From an uncultured Gammaproteobacteria bacterium (lineage in GTDB: Bacteria > Patescibacteriota > Patescibacteriia > Magasanikbacterales > UBA922), in NCBI GenBank assembly GCA_964612105.1, contig CAZTEU010000005.1:45039-109038 (forward strand): DNA of 64,000 nt, written 5' to 3'. This document shows positions 26,335 to 36,665 of the stretch, piece by piece (the stretch's first letter is position 1; each line of letters opens with the position of its first letter). Both the position numbers and the translations under genes were made by a program. The notes under the pieces were generated by a model. That model ran no database searches. It saw only the letters and a list, made by a program, of their open reading frames with translations, and was not told the DNA's origin.

Positions 26335-27729
26335 ATGGCAAAAGCAACAGAAATAACCCAAAGCAACTTACCTACTATTTGTTTAGTTGGTCGTGTTAAT
26401 GTTGGAAAATCTAGATTGTTTAACCGTCTTATTGAGAAGGAAAAAGCAATTGTAAGTGAAATTGGAGGAACAACTCGCACAAATAATGAAGGTATAGTTA
26501 TATGGAGAGGAAAGGAAATAAATATTGTAGACACAGGTGGACTAACATTCAAGGATGATGTTCCGTTTGAGGAGGACATAATTAAGCAAACAGAGTATGC
26601 AATTAAACATGCATCTCTGATTGTGTTTGTTACAGATGGTACAACAGGACTACTTTCTCAAGAAAGAGAGTTGGCAAAAAGACTGAGAAAGAAATCAATT
26701 CCTGTTATTGTTGTTGCAAACAAGATAGACAATGCAAAAAAAGCACAAGAATTAGTTAGTAAGGAGTGGATGGCACTTGGGTTTGGAGAACCTATTCCTG
26801 TTTCTGCTGCAAACGGAAGAAATGTTGGAGATTTCTTGGATATTGTCTGGAAAACCTTATCAAAACAAAAAGTGCGTCCGAAAAGTCCAAAAAAGACAAA
26901 AAAAGAGATGATAGAAGTTAGTATCATAGGCAAACCAAATGCTGGTAAATCCTCTCTTTTTAATAAACTTATAGGTCAGGAAAAAGTTATTGTGAGTGAT
27001 GTTGCCCACACAACACGTGAACCTCATGATACTCATGTTACATATTCATACAAAGTTGGTAAGAAAGATTTAAAACAAGAAATTAATTTCATAGACACCG
27101 CAGGTATAAGGCGCAAAGCAAAAGTAAAAGGTGGTTTAGAACATGCGGGTATAGGTAAAAGTATAGAATCCATAGAGGAGTCCGATATAATTCTTTTTGT
27201 AATAGATGGAAGTGAAACAATATCTAGTCAGGATAAGCAACTGGCTGGATTAATAGAAAAACGAGGTAAGAGTGTTATTATTTTAGTAAACAAATGGGAT
27301 CTTACAGAAGAAACTTCAGATAAATATCGTAATGATGTAACAAAAATGATTAGATCCCACTTCCCTCACCTAAGTTTTGCACCAATATTATATGTTAGCG
27401 GATTAACTGGATTAAAAGTACATGATATATTTCCGACAATAATGCATGCGTGGAGAACACGTCATATAGAAATACCAGAACATGCATTGGAAAAATTCTT
27501 AGAACAAACAACAAAACAACATAGGCCATCCAGAGGAAAAGGAACTAGACATCCAAAATTGCTTGGAATACATCAGATTGGAGTGTCCCCTCCTATATTT
27601 GAGATATTTGTTAAGTACAGGACATCCTTGCATCGTTCATATATAAACTTCTTAAAAAATAAACTAAGAGATCAGTTTGACTTTACAGGAACACCAGTTA
27701 TAATCAAATTAAAGAAACTTAAAAAATAG
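26335..27729 (+). CDS. der: ribosome-biogenesis GTPase Der (EngA)
   Basis: Two tandem GTPase domains (GRVNVGKSRLFN, GKPNAGKSSLFN) plus KH-like C-terminus. Confidence 0.95.
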   Translation: MAKATEITQSNLPTICLVGRVNVGKSRLFNRLIEKEKAIVSEIGGTTRTNNEGIVIWRGKEINIVDTGGLTFKDDVPFEEDIIKQTEYAIKHASLIVFVTDGTTGLLSQERELAKRLRKKSIPVIVVANKIDNAKKAQELVSKEWMALGFGEPIPVSAANGRNVGDFLDIVWKTLSKQKVRPKSPKKTKKEMIEVSIIGKPNAGKSSLFNKLIGQEKVIVSDVAHTTREPHDTHVTYSYKVGKKDLKQEINFIDTAGIRRKAKVKGGLEHAGIGKSIESIEESDIILFVIDGSETISSQDKQLAGLIEKRGKSVIILVNKWDLTEETSDKYRNDVTKMIRSHFPHLSFAPILYVSGLTGLKVHDIFPTIMHAWRTRHIEIPEHALEKFLEQTTKQHRPSRGKGTRHPKLLGIHQIGVSPPIFEIFVKYRTSLHRSYINFLKNKLRDQFDFTGTPVIIKLKKLKK

Positions 27730-27730
27730 C

Positions 27731-28276
27731 ATGAAATTAATAGTTGGGCTTGGTAATCCAGGGAAACAATACGAAAAGACACGTCATAATATTGGCTTTA
27801 TTGTTCTTGATGCACTTCATGAGAAATTAAAAGATAAAAACATATCAGAATGGTCATTAAGTAAAAAGTTTAACGCAAAAATTGCAGGCGGAACAATTGA
27901 TGGAGAAAAGATATTCCTCGCAAAGCCAATGACCTTTATGAATGATTCTGGACAAGCTGTGCAACTAATTGCAAAGTATTATAAGATACCTGTAAAGGAT
28001 ATTCTGATTGTACATGATGACAAAGATTTAGAACTTGGAAAAGTTAAGATGCAGGAAGACAGAGGGCATGCTGGACATAATGGTGTGCGCTCCATATTAG
28101 CTCTTCTTAAGACTAAGTCTTTCGCAAGAGTGAGGGTTGGTGTTGGAAATGAAAAAAAACAATCAAAGATGGGAACAACAAACTTTGTGTTGGGGCGTTT
28201 TGGAATCTTTGAAAAAAAATCTGTTCAGGCTGTAGTGGAAGAATCATTAAAATATATAACTGAATTCTTAAAATAA
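27731..28276 (+). CDS. pth: peptidyl-tRNA hydrolase
   Basis: MKLIVGLGNPG...TRHNIGF signature. Confidence 0.95.
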   Translation: MKLIVGLGNPGKQYEKTRHNIGFIVLDALHEKLKDKNISEWSLSKKFNAKIAGGTIDGEKIFLAKPMTFMNDSGQAVQLIAKYYKIPVKDILIVHDDKDLELGKVKMQEDRGHAGHNGVRSILALLKTKSFARVRVGVGNEKKQSKMGTTNFVLGRFGIFEKKSVQAVVEESLKYITEFLK

Positions 28277-28282
28277 TAGACT

Positions 28283-29161
28283 ATGACAATATCAAAGGAG
28301 GGGCTCGTTGCTTTTTATAGCAAAATAACTTATGGGCGATACTGTCAGATACAAAAAAACTTCTCCTCTTTTGAGGAGTTTTGGGGTGCTAGTCCTGACG
28401 AATTATTCTTGCGTCTTAGGTGGAAAGAAGATTTGATTTCTCACTTCTGCTCTTGGCGAAAAGATTTAGAGTACAATAAAATAGAAGAGTTAATGCAAGA
28501 ACAAGAAATGTATCTGGTTTTAATGGATGATAAGGACTATCCCCCACTACTAAAAGAGATACATAGCCCACCTATTGCACTTTTTGTTCGTGGAACATTG
28601 GAAAACATAAGAAAACCATTAGCTGTTGTTGGTACAAGGAAATGTTCTACGTACGGAAAACAGATTACAAGGACACTTGTGAGTGAACTAGCAAAAGAAG
28701 GAATCAGTATTATTAGCGGTCTAGCATATGGGATAGACGCAAGTGCTCATTATGCAACCCTACAAGCAAGTGGTAATACAATTGCTGTTCTGGGATCTGG
28801 ATGTGATGAAAACACAATAACCCCAGCCCCACATAGAAAACTAGCACAACAGATAGTAGAATCTGGAGGGGCTGTTATATCTGAGTACCCACCAGGTACT
28901 CATCCTACTAAATATTCTTTTCCAGAGAGAAACAGAATTATATCTGGAATTAGTATAGGGACACTTGTTATTGAGGCTCCTGAAAAATCTGGAGCATTAA
29001 TTACTTCTGATTTTGCACTTAACCAAAACCGAGAGGTCTTTGCTGTACCTCATAATATAACAAATATAAACGGGGCTGGTACAAATGAATTAATTAAAAA
29101 AGGTTCTCACGTTGTAACAAACTCAAGAGATATATTACATGTTTTTGAATCTAATCCATGA
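28283..29161 (+). CDS. dprA: DNA processing protein DprA (Smf)
   Basis: Rossmann-like LAVVGTRKCSTYG...SGLAYGIDASAH. Confidence 0.9.
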   Translation: MTISKEGLVAFYSKITYGRYCQIQKNFSSFEEFWGASPDELFLRLRWKEDLISHFCSWRKDLEYNKIEELMQEQEMYLVLMDDKDYPPLLKEIHSPPIALFVRGTLENIRKPLAVVGTRKCSTYGKQITRTLVSELAKEGISIISGLAYGIDASAHYATLQASGNTIAVLGSGCDENTITPAPHRKLAQQIVESGGAVISEYPPGTHPTKYSFPERNRIISGISIGTLVIEAPEKSGALITSDFALNQNREVFAVPHNITNINGAGTNELIKKGSHVVTNSRDILHVFESNP

Positions 29162-29264
29162 ATTAAAATATAAAATAGGAATAACTATAGAGCTTTGACA
29201 CTTTGCTCTATTATGTGCTATTCTTATCTAGATTAAAATATATATAAATAAATATATAAAATAT

Positions 29265-29948
29265 ATGAAACATATAAAGAAAGAAAAGGTGGTGTTTTTT
29301 GTTCTATTCGTAGTGGTAGGACTTCTTAGCATGAAGGTTCCATTTAGCCAAATGGTAGGTGCAGAAAACATGAGATTTAATCTGTTCGACTTCTTTGGGC
29401 CTATTGCAGGTGCATTTGTAGGTCTTTGGGGACTACTTACAGTACTAGTAATGCAACTAATAAATTGGGGAGCAAATGGTTTTGCCACAGAAGCAACCTC
29501 AATTATACGTATGATTCCAGTACTATTTGCTGTACTATACTTTTCAAAGAATTTCCGTAAACTAACACTTATAGTGCCAGTTATTGCAATGTTGGTGTTC
29601 TGGGCTCACCCAGAAGGGCGTGCAGCTTGGTACTATGCACTTTACTGGTTAATTCCATTGGTTTCTTACCTATTCGCAGATAAGTATGTATTTGCACGTG
29701 CTCTTGGAGCAACATTTACACAACATAGTGTTGGTGGAGCAATGTGGATTTGGGCAACAGGAATGAAAAGTACATTATGGATTTCTTTAATCCCTATTGT
29801 GTGGAGAGAAAGATTGCTTATGGCAATTGGAATTATGGTCACATTTATTGCAGTAAACTACTTACTAAGCATAGTAAGAGAAAAAACAAGCTGGAAACTT
29901 TCATTCGCATCTATAAACAAGAAATACGCGATTGGACACAAATCATAA
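29265..29948 (+). CDS. hypothetical polytopic membrane protein (possibly ECF-type transporter S component-like)
   Basis: Six hydrophobic segments; no confident family assignment. Confidence 0.45.
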   Translation: MKHIKKEKVVFFVLFVVVGLLSMKVPFSQMVGAENMRFNLFDFFGPIAGAFVGLWGLLTVLVMQLINWGANGFATEATSIIRMIPVLFAVLYFSKNFRKLTLIVPVIAMLVFWAHPEGRAAWYYALYWLIPLVSYLFADKYVFARALGATFTQHSVGGAMWIWATGMKSTLWISLIPIVWRERLLMAIGIMVTFIAVNYLLSIVREKTSWKLSFASINKKYAIGHKS

Positions 29949-29981
29949 TAAACATATCCTAAACCCCCACATTGGGGGTTT

Positions 29982-31259
29982 TTGCTTTCTATGACCTTTT
30001 CTCAAGCAGAACAATTTCTATATTCACTCATGAACATGCCGAGGCGTGAATATATGAAAGATGCAAGCATGTGTGATGTCTATCTAAAACGACTGCAGTT
30101 CTTTTTGGATATACTAAACAATCCTGAAAGGAAAATACCTCACTATATTCATGTTGGAGGAACAAGTGGAAAGGGATCTATTGTAAACATGTTACATGGT
30201 GTTCTACTGGCAGATGGTAAAAAAGTAGGCTCTCATATTTCTCCACACGCAACACAGATTACAGAACGATGGAGAATTGGGAACAGAGAAATGAGTAAGA
30301 AAGAGTTTGTTAATCTTGTTAAGAAAATAAAACCAGCATTAGACGAATATATACGGACATCTCCTTATGATATGCTCTCTTTTTTCGAACTTAATGTTGC
30401 AATGACCTATCTGTATTTTGCAGAAAACAAAGTTAAGTGGGCTGTTATAGAGGTTGGCTGTGGTGGAAGATATGAAGGAACAAATATAATGCCGTATAAA
30501 GATGTTGCCATAATAACTAACATAGGAAAAGATCATACTCATATTCTAGGGAATACAAAAAAACAAATAGCGTATGAGAAGGCTGGTATTATAAAGAAAG
30601 GCTGTCATGTGTTCACAATGGAAAAAAATAGTAAAATCCTTGATATCCTCAAAAAAGAAGCTGAGACAGTAAAAGCAAAATCATTTACTCAAATTAAATA
30701 CAAGGATAAGCAAGGTCTCAAACTAAAATCAATTGGAGAACATCAGAAGAAAAATGCATTCCTTGTACTCAGTGTCGCCAAGAAAATAGGTATAAGTGAA
30801 AAAAACGCACTAAAAGGGCTTTCTTCTGTAAAACAGCCTCTACGCTTGGAAGTGGTATCAGATAAGCCAATGACAATACTAGATAGTGCGCATAATACTG
30901 ACAAGATGAAAACAACAGTTACTGCTTTGGAAAAAATAGGAGAGAAAAAAGAAGTAAATTTAGTTTTAGGGTTCAGCCAAAACAAAGAGTGGAAGAAGAT
31001 GATTGATTTACTTTTGGAGTTGAAACCAAAAAAAATATTTTGCACAAGGCAAACACAAAATATATATCGTACTGTAGTCACCCCACAAGATATTTCTAAT
31101 TATATTAAAAGCAAGAAAAGTGACATAAAAACAGAAATATATATTGATCCAGTGGATGCATTTGATCAAGCAAAGAAAAAGACAAAGAAATCTGATATAA
31201 TACTTCTCACTGGTTCACTGTTCTTAAGTGGCGAAATAAAACCACACTTGACAAGCTAG
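29982..31259 (+). CDS. Mur ligase family protein (folylpolyglutamate synthase FolC-like)
   Basis: HVGGTSGKGS P-loop of Mur ligase/FPGS family; 425 aa. Confidence 0.8.
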   Translation: MLSMTFSQAEQFLYSLMNMPRREYMKDASMCDVYLKRLQFFLDILNNPERKIPHYIHVGGTSGKGSIVNMLHGVLLADGKKVGSHISPHATQITERWRIGNREMSKKEFVNLVKKIKPALDEYIRTSPYDMLSFFELNVAMTYLYFAENKVKWAVIEVGCGGRYEGTNIMPYKDVAIITNIGKDHTHILGNTKKQIAYEKAGIIKKGCHVFTMEKNSKILDILKKEAETVKAKSFTQIKYKDKQGLKLKSIGEHQKKNAFLVLSVAKKIGISEKNALKGLSSVKQPLRLEVVSDKPMTILDSAHNTDKMKTTVTALEKIGEKKEVNLVLGFSQNKEWKKMIDLLLELKPKKIFCTRQTQNIYRTVVTPQDISNYIKSKKSDIKTEIYIDPVDAFDQAKKKTKKSDIILLTGSLFLSGEIKPHLTS

Positions 31260-31285
31260 CTATATTGCAATAGAATCGCATTTAT

Positions 31286-33568
31286 ATGAAAAAACTGGTA
31301 ATCGTAGAGAGTCCAACAAAAGCTAAGACAATAACAAAATTTCTAGGAAAGGACTATGTCGTTGAGTCCTCTTTTGGTCATGTACGTGACTTACCAAAAA
31401 GTAAGATGGGTGTTGATATTGATGCAGGAACTTTTGAACCCACATATGTTGTTCCAAAAGATAAAGCTAAAAGAGTAAAAGATTTAAAATCTCTAGCAAA
31501 AAAATCAGATGAAATTATCTTTGCTACTGATTCAGATAGAGAAGGAGAGGCAATTTCCTGGCACCTAACTAAACTACTTGATATCGATCCAGAAAAAGCT
31601 AAGCGCATTGTCTTTCATGAAATAACAAAACATGCGATTGACGAAGCATTAGAAGAACCTCGCCACCTAAACCAAAACCTTGTAGATGCACAACAGGCAA
31701 GGCGTGTTCTCGATCGTCTTGTTGGATACGAACTATCTCCCCTACTATGGAAAAAGATAACTAGAGGATTGTCTGCAGGACGTGTACAATCTGTTGCTGT
31801 ACGTCTAATTGTAGAACGGGAGAGAGAAATACAAGATTTTAAATCCGATGAATATTGGAAGATAGAAGGTCTGTTTACTCCAGAAAAAGAGAAGGAAAAA
31901 GAATTTCCTGCTTTTCTTCACTCAATAGATTCAAAAAAACTAGACAAATTAGCAATTGGAGGAAAAAGTGAAGTAGATAAAATAGTAAAAGATCTTAAAG
32001 ACGTAAAATACTCCATAAAAAAGATAACAAAAAAGGAAACCAAACGCACACCCCCTCCTCCATTTACGACATCTACGCTTCAGCAAAATGCTCATAATAA
32101 GTTAGGTTATTCTTCCAAGCAAATAATGAGACTGGCTCAACAATTATATGAAGGAATAGAACTTCATGGTGAGGAGCATGTTGGTTTAATTACATACATG
32201 CGTACAGATTCCACAAATCTATCAAAAAAATTCTTGGATGAAACAGGAGCGTTTGTAAAAGAAAAATACGGAAAAGAATATAGTTTAGATAAACCAAAAG
32301 TATTTAAAACCAAAAGCAAAGGAGCGCAAGAAGCCCACGAAGCAATCCGTCCAACAGATCCTACACGCACTCCAGAGTCGATAGAAAGCAAGCTTACCCC
32401 TCAACAGCACAAACTGTATTCTCTTATCTGGAAGCGTGCGGTAGCAACGCAGATGGCTCCAGCAAAGCTGGACAAAACATCAATAGACATAGAAGCTAAG
32501 AAGTACATGTTCCGTGCTACAGGACAAACAATGATATTCCCTGGTTGGCTTACATTATATCCTCAAGCTGTTAAAGAAAGCATGCTACCAGAAATGAAAG
32601 AGGGAGAAAATGTAAACCTAAAGGAACTAACACCATCACAGCACTTCACAGAACCTCCTGCTAGATATTCAGATGCTACACTTGTTAAATCTCTGGAAGA
32701 GTTTGGAATTGGGCGACCATCTACGTATGCACCAACAATTGCAACCATAGAAGCACGTGGATATGTAGAAAGAAATGATGATAAAAGATTACAGCCTCAG
32801 AGCGTAGCTTTCCTGGTTAACGATCTTCTTGTAGAACACTTTAAAGATATTGTGGATTACAAGTTTACAGCCAAAGTAGAAGATGATTTCGATGAAATAG
32901 CCCATGGTAAAATGGACTGGCATAAGATGATTAGTGATTTCTATAAACCATTTCACAAGAACCTGGAAGAAAAGACAGAGTCAATAGACAGAGAAGATGT
33001 AATGCATATTCGTGAAGTAGGAATAGACCCTGAAACAAAAAAACCAATCTTTTCTAGAATTGGAAGGTATGGTCCTTTTGTACAACTAGGTTCAAAAGAT
33101 GATGAAGAAAAACCCAAGTTTGCAGCATTAGAGAAAGGGCAGACAACAGAAAGTGTTACATTGGAAGAAGCGTTAAAATTATTGAGTCTTCCAAAGATTG
33201 TAGGTCAAGACGAGGAAGGAAATGACATGCTTGTAGATCGTGGTAGGTTTGGTCCATATGTAAAGGTATTAAAGAAATACTATTCAATAAAAGAAATAGA
33301 TCCATATACAATAACAAAGGAGCAGGCACTAAAAGTAATAAAAGATAAAAAAGAGGCAGACGCTAAAAAAGAAATTAAAACTTTCGAGGGAGAAGATATA
33401 CAAATACTAGATGGCAGATACGGTCCATATGTAAAGGACTCAAAGAACAAGAAAAATGCTAGAATACCAAAAGAGACAGATCCAAAAACACTTACTTTAG
33501 AACAGTGTAAAGAATTACTAGAAAAAGCACCTGCTAAAAAGCGCAGACCTAGAAAGAAAAAAGAATAA
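31286..33568 (+). CDS. topA: DNA topoisomerase I
   Basis: Toprim MKKLVIVESPTKAKTI, active-site region, C-terminal zinc-ribbon-like repeats (GRYGPYV x3). Confidence 0.95.
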   Translation: MKKLVIVESPTKAKTITKFLGKDYVVESSFGHVRDLPKSKMGVDIDAGTFEPTYVVPKDKAKRVKDLKSLAKKSDEIIFATDSDREGEAISWHLTKLLDIDPEKAKRIVFHEITKHAIDEALEEPRHLNQNLVDAQQARRVLDRLVGYELSPLLWKKITRGLSAGRVQSVAVRLIVEREREIQDFKSDEYWKIEGLFTPEKEKEKEFPAFLHSIDSKKLDKLAIGGKSEVDKIVKDLKDVKYSIKKITKKETKRTPPPPFTTSTLQQNAHNKLGYSSKQIMRLAQQLYEGIELHGEEHVGLITYMRTDSTNLSKKFLDETGAFVKEKYGKEYSLDKPKVFKTKSKGAQEAHEAIRPTDPTRTPESIESKLTPQQHKLYSLIWKRAVATQMAPAKLDKTSIDIEAKKYMFRATGQTMIFPGWLTLYPQAVKESMLPEMKEGENVNLKELTPSQHFTEPPARYSDATLVKSLEEFGIGRPSTYAPTIATIEARGYVERNDDKRLQPQSVAFLVNDLLVEHFKDIVDYKFTAKVEDDFDEIAHGKMDWHKMISDFYKPFHKNLEEKTESIDREDVMHIREVGIDPETKKPIFSRIGRYGPFVQLGSKDDEEKPKFAALEKGQTTESVTLEEALKLLSLPKIVGQDEEGNDMLVDRGRFGPYVKVLKKYYSIKEIDPYTITKEQALKVIKDKKEADAKKEIKTFEGEDIQILDGRYGPYVKDSKNKKNARIPKETDPKTLTLEQCKELLEKAPAKKRRPRKKKE

Positions 33569-33569
33569 A

Positions 33570-33600
33570 ATCATGTACACAAAAGCCCCCATAAACTGGG
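33570..33600. terminator. terminator AAAAGCCCCCATAAACTGGGGGCGTTT
   Basis: 6-bp GC stem after topA stop. Confidence 0.7.
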
Positions 33601-33869
33601 GGCGTTTGTGTAGCGGAGAGGAGGTAACCTCAATGCCTGTGGTAATATAAAGGCCCTCAACCCGCTACAAAATACAGGATATCAGAAAAAAGGAGAAAAT
33701 ACAAGAAAAAGAAAAGTCCCGAATAATTTCGGGATTTTTCTCGGCCTTGGGATTACCCTACCTCTATATTACCTACGGACAATTATAGCAATAAAATATA
33801 GATTTGTCAAGTAGGAGTGTAAATAAATCGGAAAAATAAAAAATCATCCTTTTTTAGGATGAATCGTTT

Positions 33870-35060
33870 CACCCTGCCCAGCGTTTCTTGCTGAGCAGGG
33901 TGTGCCTCCTTTTTTGGTAAGGTCATGAGAGACCGAGTGTCCGAGGAACCAAGTTCCACTACCCGAGAGCCAAGGAACCTAGCATCCTAGGGCTGACGCT
34001 TGCTACGGACGAGAAAACGAGAGCGGTCACCCCAGCCGCCGTCAAACCAGCGGAGATAAGTTAAGAGGTGCTGACCGTTGCCGTCGCTCCAGACACACGG
34101 GCAGCCCCGGTCACCGTTCAGGTCCTGCCAGACGCTTCCGAGCGCGACCAGTGGCCATTCCAGACCGACTTCTTGATGTTCGGCGCAGTATACGAGCAAA
34201 TCGCGCAACGAGGCGACCTCGTAGCCTTGTTTCTTGATCTCATCCAGCACTGCTGTGGTGTGCAAACGCTTGTTGAAATGCAAAACCTCGAGACTGTACT
34301 CGTAGTCAGGCTGGTCATCCGGAAGGGGGAAATTCTCGGTAGTGATGTTATATTCGACGTAACCGAACCCACATGCCCCAATGAGCTGTTGTAATTCATC
34401 CGGAGAGGTCTCTTCATCAGAAACGGTCTTCTTACGACGGACCAGGAAACGGTAGTAGTTGATCCACCTGCTCTCAAGCCAGTCGAAATCCAGACGCCGA
34501 CCGTTTCTATCACGCCAGACAAACGGACAACACTGGCCACCGTGCACATTCTGCCAAGTACTCCCGAGTGCGGACAATGGCCAGTCCAGGCCGACTTTGG
34601 AATGTTCGGCGCAGTATACGAGCAAATCGCGCAACGAGGCGACCTCGTAGCCCTGCTTCTTGATCTCATCCAGCACTTCCGTGGTGGTCAGACCCTTGTT
34701 GAGGTGCAGAACCTCGAGACTGTACTCGTAGTCAGGCTGGTCATCCTCGAGCGGGAATTTCTCGCCCATGATGTTATCATCCACTGAGTGGAACTTGCAT
34801 GCTCCAATGAGCTGTTGCAGTTCGTCCGAGATAGGCACTTCGACCAGCTTGTCGAACCGCCCTTCCACAATCGCTTGGAGCGCTTTTTTGACCAGAGCTG
34901 GGTCGTACGGGCACCCCCTCTTCTGCCGAAGCAACCTCTTGATCTCGTGGAGCTGACCATCAATCTCGAAATACAGATCGCCTGCAACGCTAAACGCCAT
35001 GACAATCTCCTCTTTTCTAAGCTACAAATGCCAACGCACTCGCGCCAACACTCTTGCCTG
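33870..35060. other. GC-rich micro-island D
   Basis: Sharp compositional shift; single long minus-strand ORF with RBS, multiple overlapping antisense ORFs typical of high-GC DNA. Confidence 0.7.
33987..35000 (-). CDS. hypothetical 337-aa protein built from two tandem ~150-aa repeats (unrecognised domain), island D
   Basis: AAGAGGAGA upstream of ATG; internal repeat SDELQQLIGAC.F...DDQPDYEYSLEVLH.NK..TT.VLDEIKKQGYEVASLRDLLVYCAEH..VGL.WPL.ALGS.WQ....G..CP.VW.D.NG present twice. Confidence 0.6.
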   Translation of the reverse strand: MAFSVAGDLYFEIDGQLHEIKRLLRQKRGCPYDPALVKKALQAIVEGRFDKLVEVPISDELQQLIGACKFHSVDDNIMGEKFPLEDDQPDYEYSLEVLHLNKGLTTTEVLDEIKKQGYEVASLRDLLVYCAEHSKVGLDWPLSALGSTWQNVHGGQCCPFVWRDRNGRRLDFDWLESRWINYYRFLVRRKKTVSDEETSPDELQQLIGACGFGYVEYNITTENFPLPDDQPDYEYSLEVLHFNKRLHTTAVLDEIKKQGYEVASLRDLLVYCAEHQEVGLEWPLVALGSVWQDLNGDRGCPCVWSDGNGQHLLTYLRWFDGGWGDRSRFLVRSKRQP

Positions 35061-35157
35061 TTTTGGAACTGGATAAAGCATACCAAAATATCACTATATG
35101 TCAAGTATGGTGCTAGAACTTGCCAAAATAGTAAAAAATGGTTAAAGTAAATGGGCT

Positions 35158-36636
35158 ATGGCTAGAAGAATTACAGGCACAATCGAAGATCTTATTGAGA
35201 AAGTTGGTGAATATGCACCAGCTGCGGATTTAGATATGCTTCGTTTAGCATATGATTTTGCTGCAAAGGCTCACAAAGGACAAGTACGTAAATCTGGGGA
35301 GCCATACATAACTCACCCACTAGCGTCTGCTCACATACTTGCAGATATGCGTATAGATCCTGTAATTGTAACAGCCACACTTCTTCATGATGTTCCAGAA
35401 GATACTGATGTTACTTTGGAAGAAATAGAAAAGAATTTTGGTAAGGATATCAAATCAATGGTTGAGGGTATTACAAAGCTTGGAAAACTAAAATATCGTG
35501 GTGTAGAAAGATATATAGAAAATCTTCGTAAAATGTTTGTTGCAATGGCAGAAGATATACGTGTCATGATTATTAAGTTTGCAGATCGTAGCCATAATCT
35601 TACAACACTTGGGGCACTACCGCCTCAGAAACAATATCGTATTGCTTTGGAAAGTCTAGAAATATATGCACCGATAGCAAACAGACTTGGAATGGACGAA
35701 ATGAAGGGGCAGTTGGAGGACTTGGCATTCCAATATGTATATCCAAAAGAATTTCAGAGAGTAAAAAAACTTAGAGATGAAAAACTAAAAGGAAAAGAGA
35801 AATTTTTTAAGATGATGGAAAACAAGGGAGAAAAAGAATTAAAGCAGGCAGGAATTCCTATCAAATACATTAAAGGAAGAAACAAAAGACTATACAGTTT
35901 TTATAAAAAATTACTAAGAAAAGACAATCAGGTAGCAAAAATATATGACTTAGTGGCACTGAGAATTGTTGTCCCAACAGTAGCAGATTGTTATGCAACG
36001 CTTGGAATATTACATAAGATATGGAAACCTGTAAAAGGAAGGATAAAAGACTATATTTCCCAACCAAAACCAAATGGATATCAGTCATTACATACGACTG
36101 TTTTTGCAGAGGGAGGAGAGGTTGTAGAGTTCCAAATACGTACACCAGAAATGCACGAGGAAGCTCAGTTCGGTTTTGCAGCTCACTGGCATTATGATGA
36201 GCATGGTTCACGTTTGCCTGCACGTGAAGTAAAGTGGGCAAAAGAGCTTGCGGAGATTCAGAAGGACATGCTCAACAAACTAACAGATCTTGAAGAAATA
36301 AAAGTTAATTTTCTACAATCTCGTATATTTGTATTTACACCAAAAGGTGATGTTATAGATTTACCAGAAGCAGCAACACCGGTAGACTTCGCGTATCACA
36401 TTCACACAGAAATAGGCAATACATGTGCAGGTGCTATTGTAAATGATAAGATGACAAGTCTAGATACAGAACTAAAGAATGGAGATGTTGTGGAGATTAC
36501 AACAGATAGAAACCGCAAGGGGCCGAATCCTGAATGGTTAGAATTTGTGAAAACAAATACAGCCAAGACTCATATAAAAGCGCAACAAAAAACAAAGATA
36601 GCTAGTTGGTTAAAGTCAGTACTACCAAAACAATAA
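35158..36636 (+). CDS. rel: RelA/SpoT-family (p)ppGpp synthetase/hydrolase (HD + synthetase + TGS domains)
   Basis: HD motif region (HDVPED), synthetase domain, TGS-like C-terminus; 492 aa. Confidence 0.85.
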   Translation: MARRITGTIEDLIEKVGEYAPAADLDMLRLAYDFAAKAHKGQVRKSGEPYITHPLASAHILADMRIDPVIVTATLLHDVPEDTDVTLEEIEKNFGKDIKSMVEGITKLGKLKYRGVERYIENLRKMFVAMAEDIRVMIIKFADRSHNLTTLGALPPQKQYRIALESLEIYAPIANRLGMDEMKGQLEDLAFQYVYPKEFQRVKKLRDEKLKGKEKFFKMMENKGEKELKQAGIPIKYIKGRNKRLYSFYKKLLRKDNQVAKIYDLVALRIVVPTVADCYATLGILHKIWKPVKGRIKDYISQPKPNGYQSLHTTVFAEGGEVVEFQIRTPEMHEEAQFGFAAHWHYDEHGSRLPAREVKWAKELAEIQKDMLNKLTDLEEIKVNFLQSRIFVFTPKGDVIDLPEAATPVDFAYHIHTEIGNTCAGAIVNDKMTSLDTELKNGDVVEITTDRNRKGPNPEWLEFVKTNTAKTHIKAQQKTKIASWLKSVLPKQ

Positions 36637-36665
36637 AAGAACCCCGGAAATCCGGGGTTTTATGA
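36637..36665. terminator. bidirectional terminator AACCCCGGAAATCCGGGGTTTT
   Basis: Perfect 7-bp stem between convergent rel and parB. Confidence 0.8.

Noticed and set aside
29161-29264. AT-rich gap with TTGACA and (TATA)n-like sequence upstream of 29265 gene
   Set aside because: Spacing between the TTGACA and any -10-like hexamer is not convincing; probably ordinary AT-rich intergenic DNA or a promoter I cannot place.
34118-35150. Overlapping ORFs 34118-34669 (-), 34688-35104 (-), 34068-34394 (+), 34542-34787 (+) and 34788-35150 (+) in island D
   Set aside because: All lie inside or antisense to the 337-aa ORF, which alone has an RBS and an internally repeated, conserved-looking domain structure.
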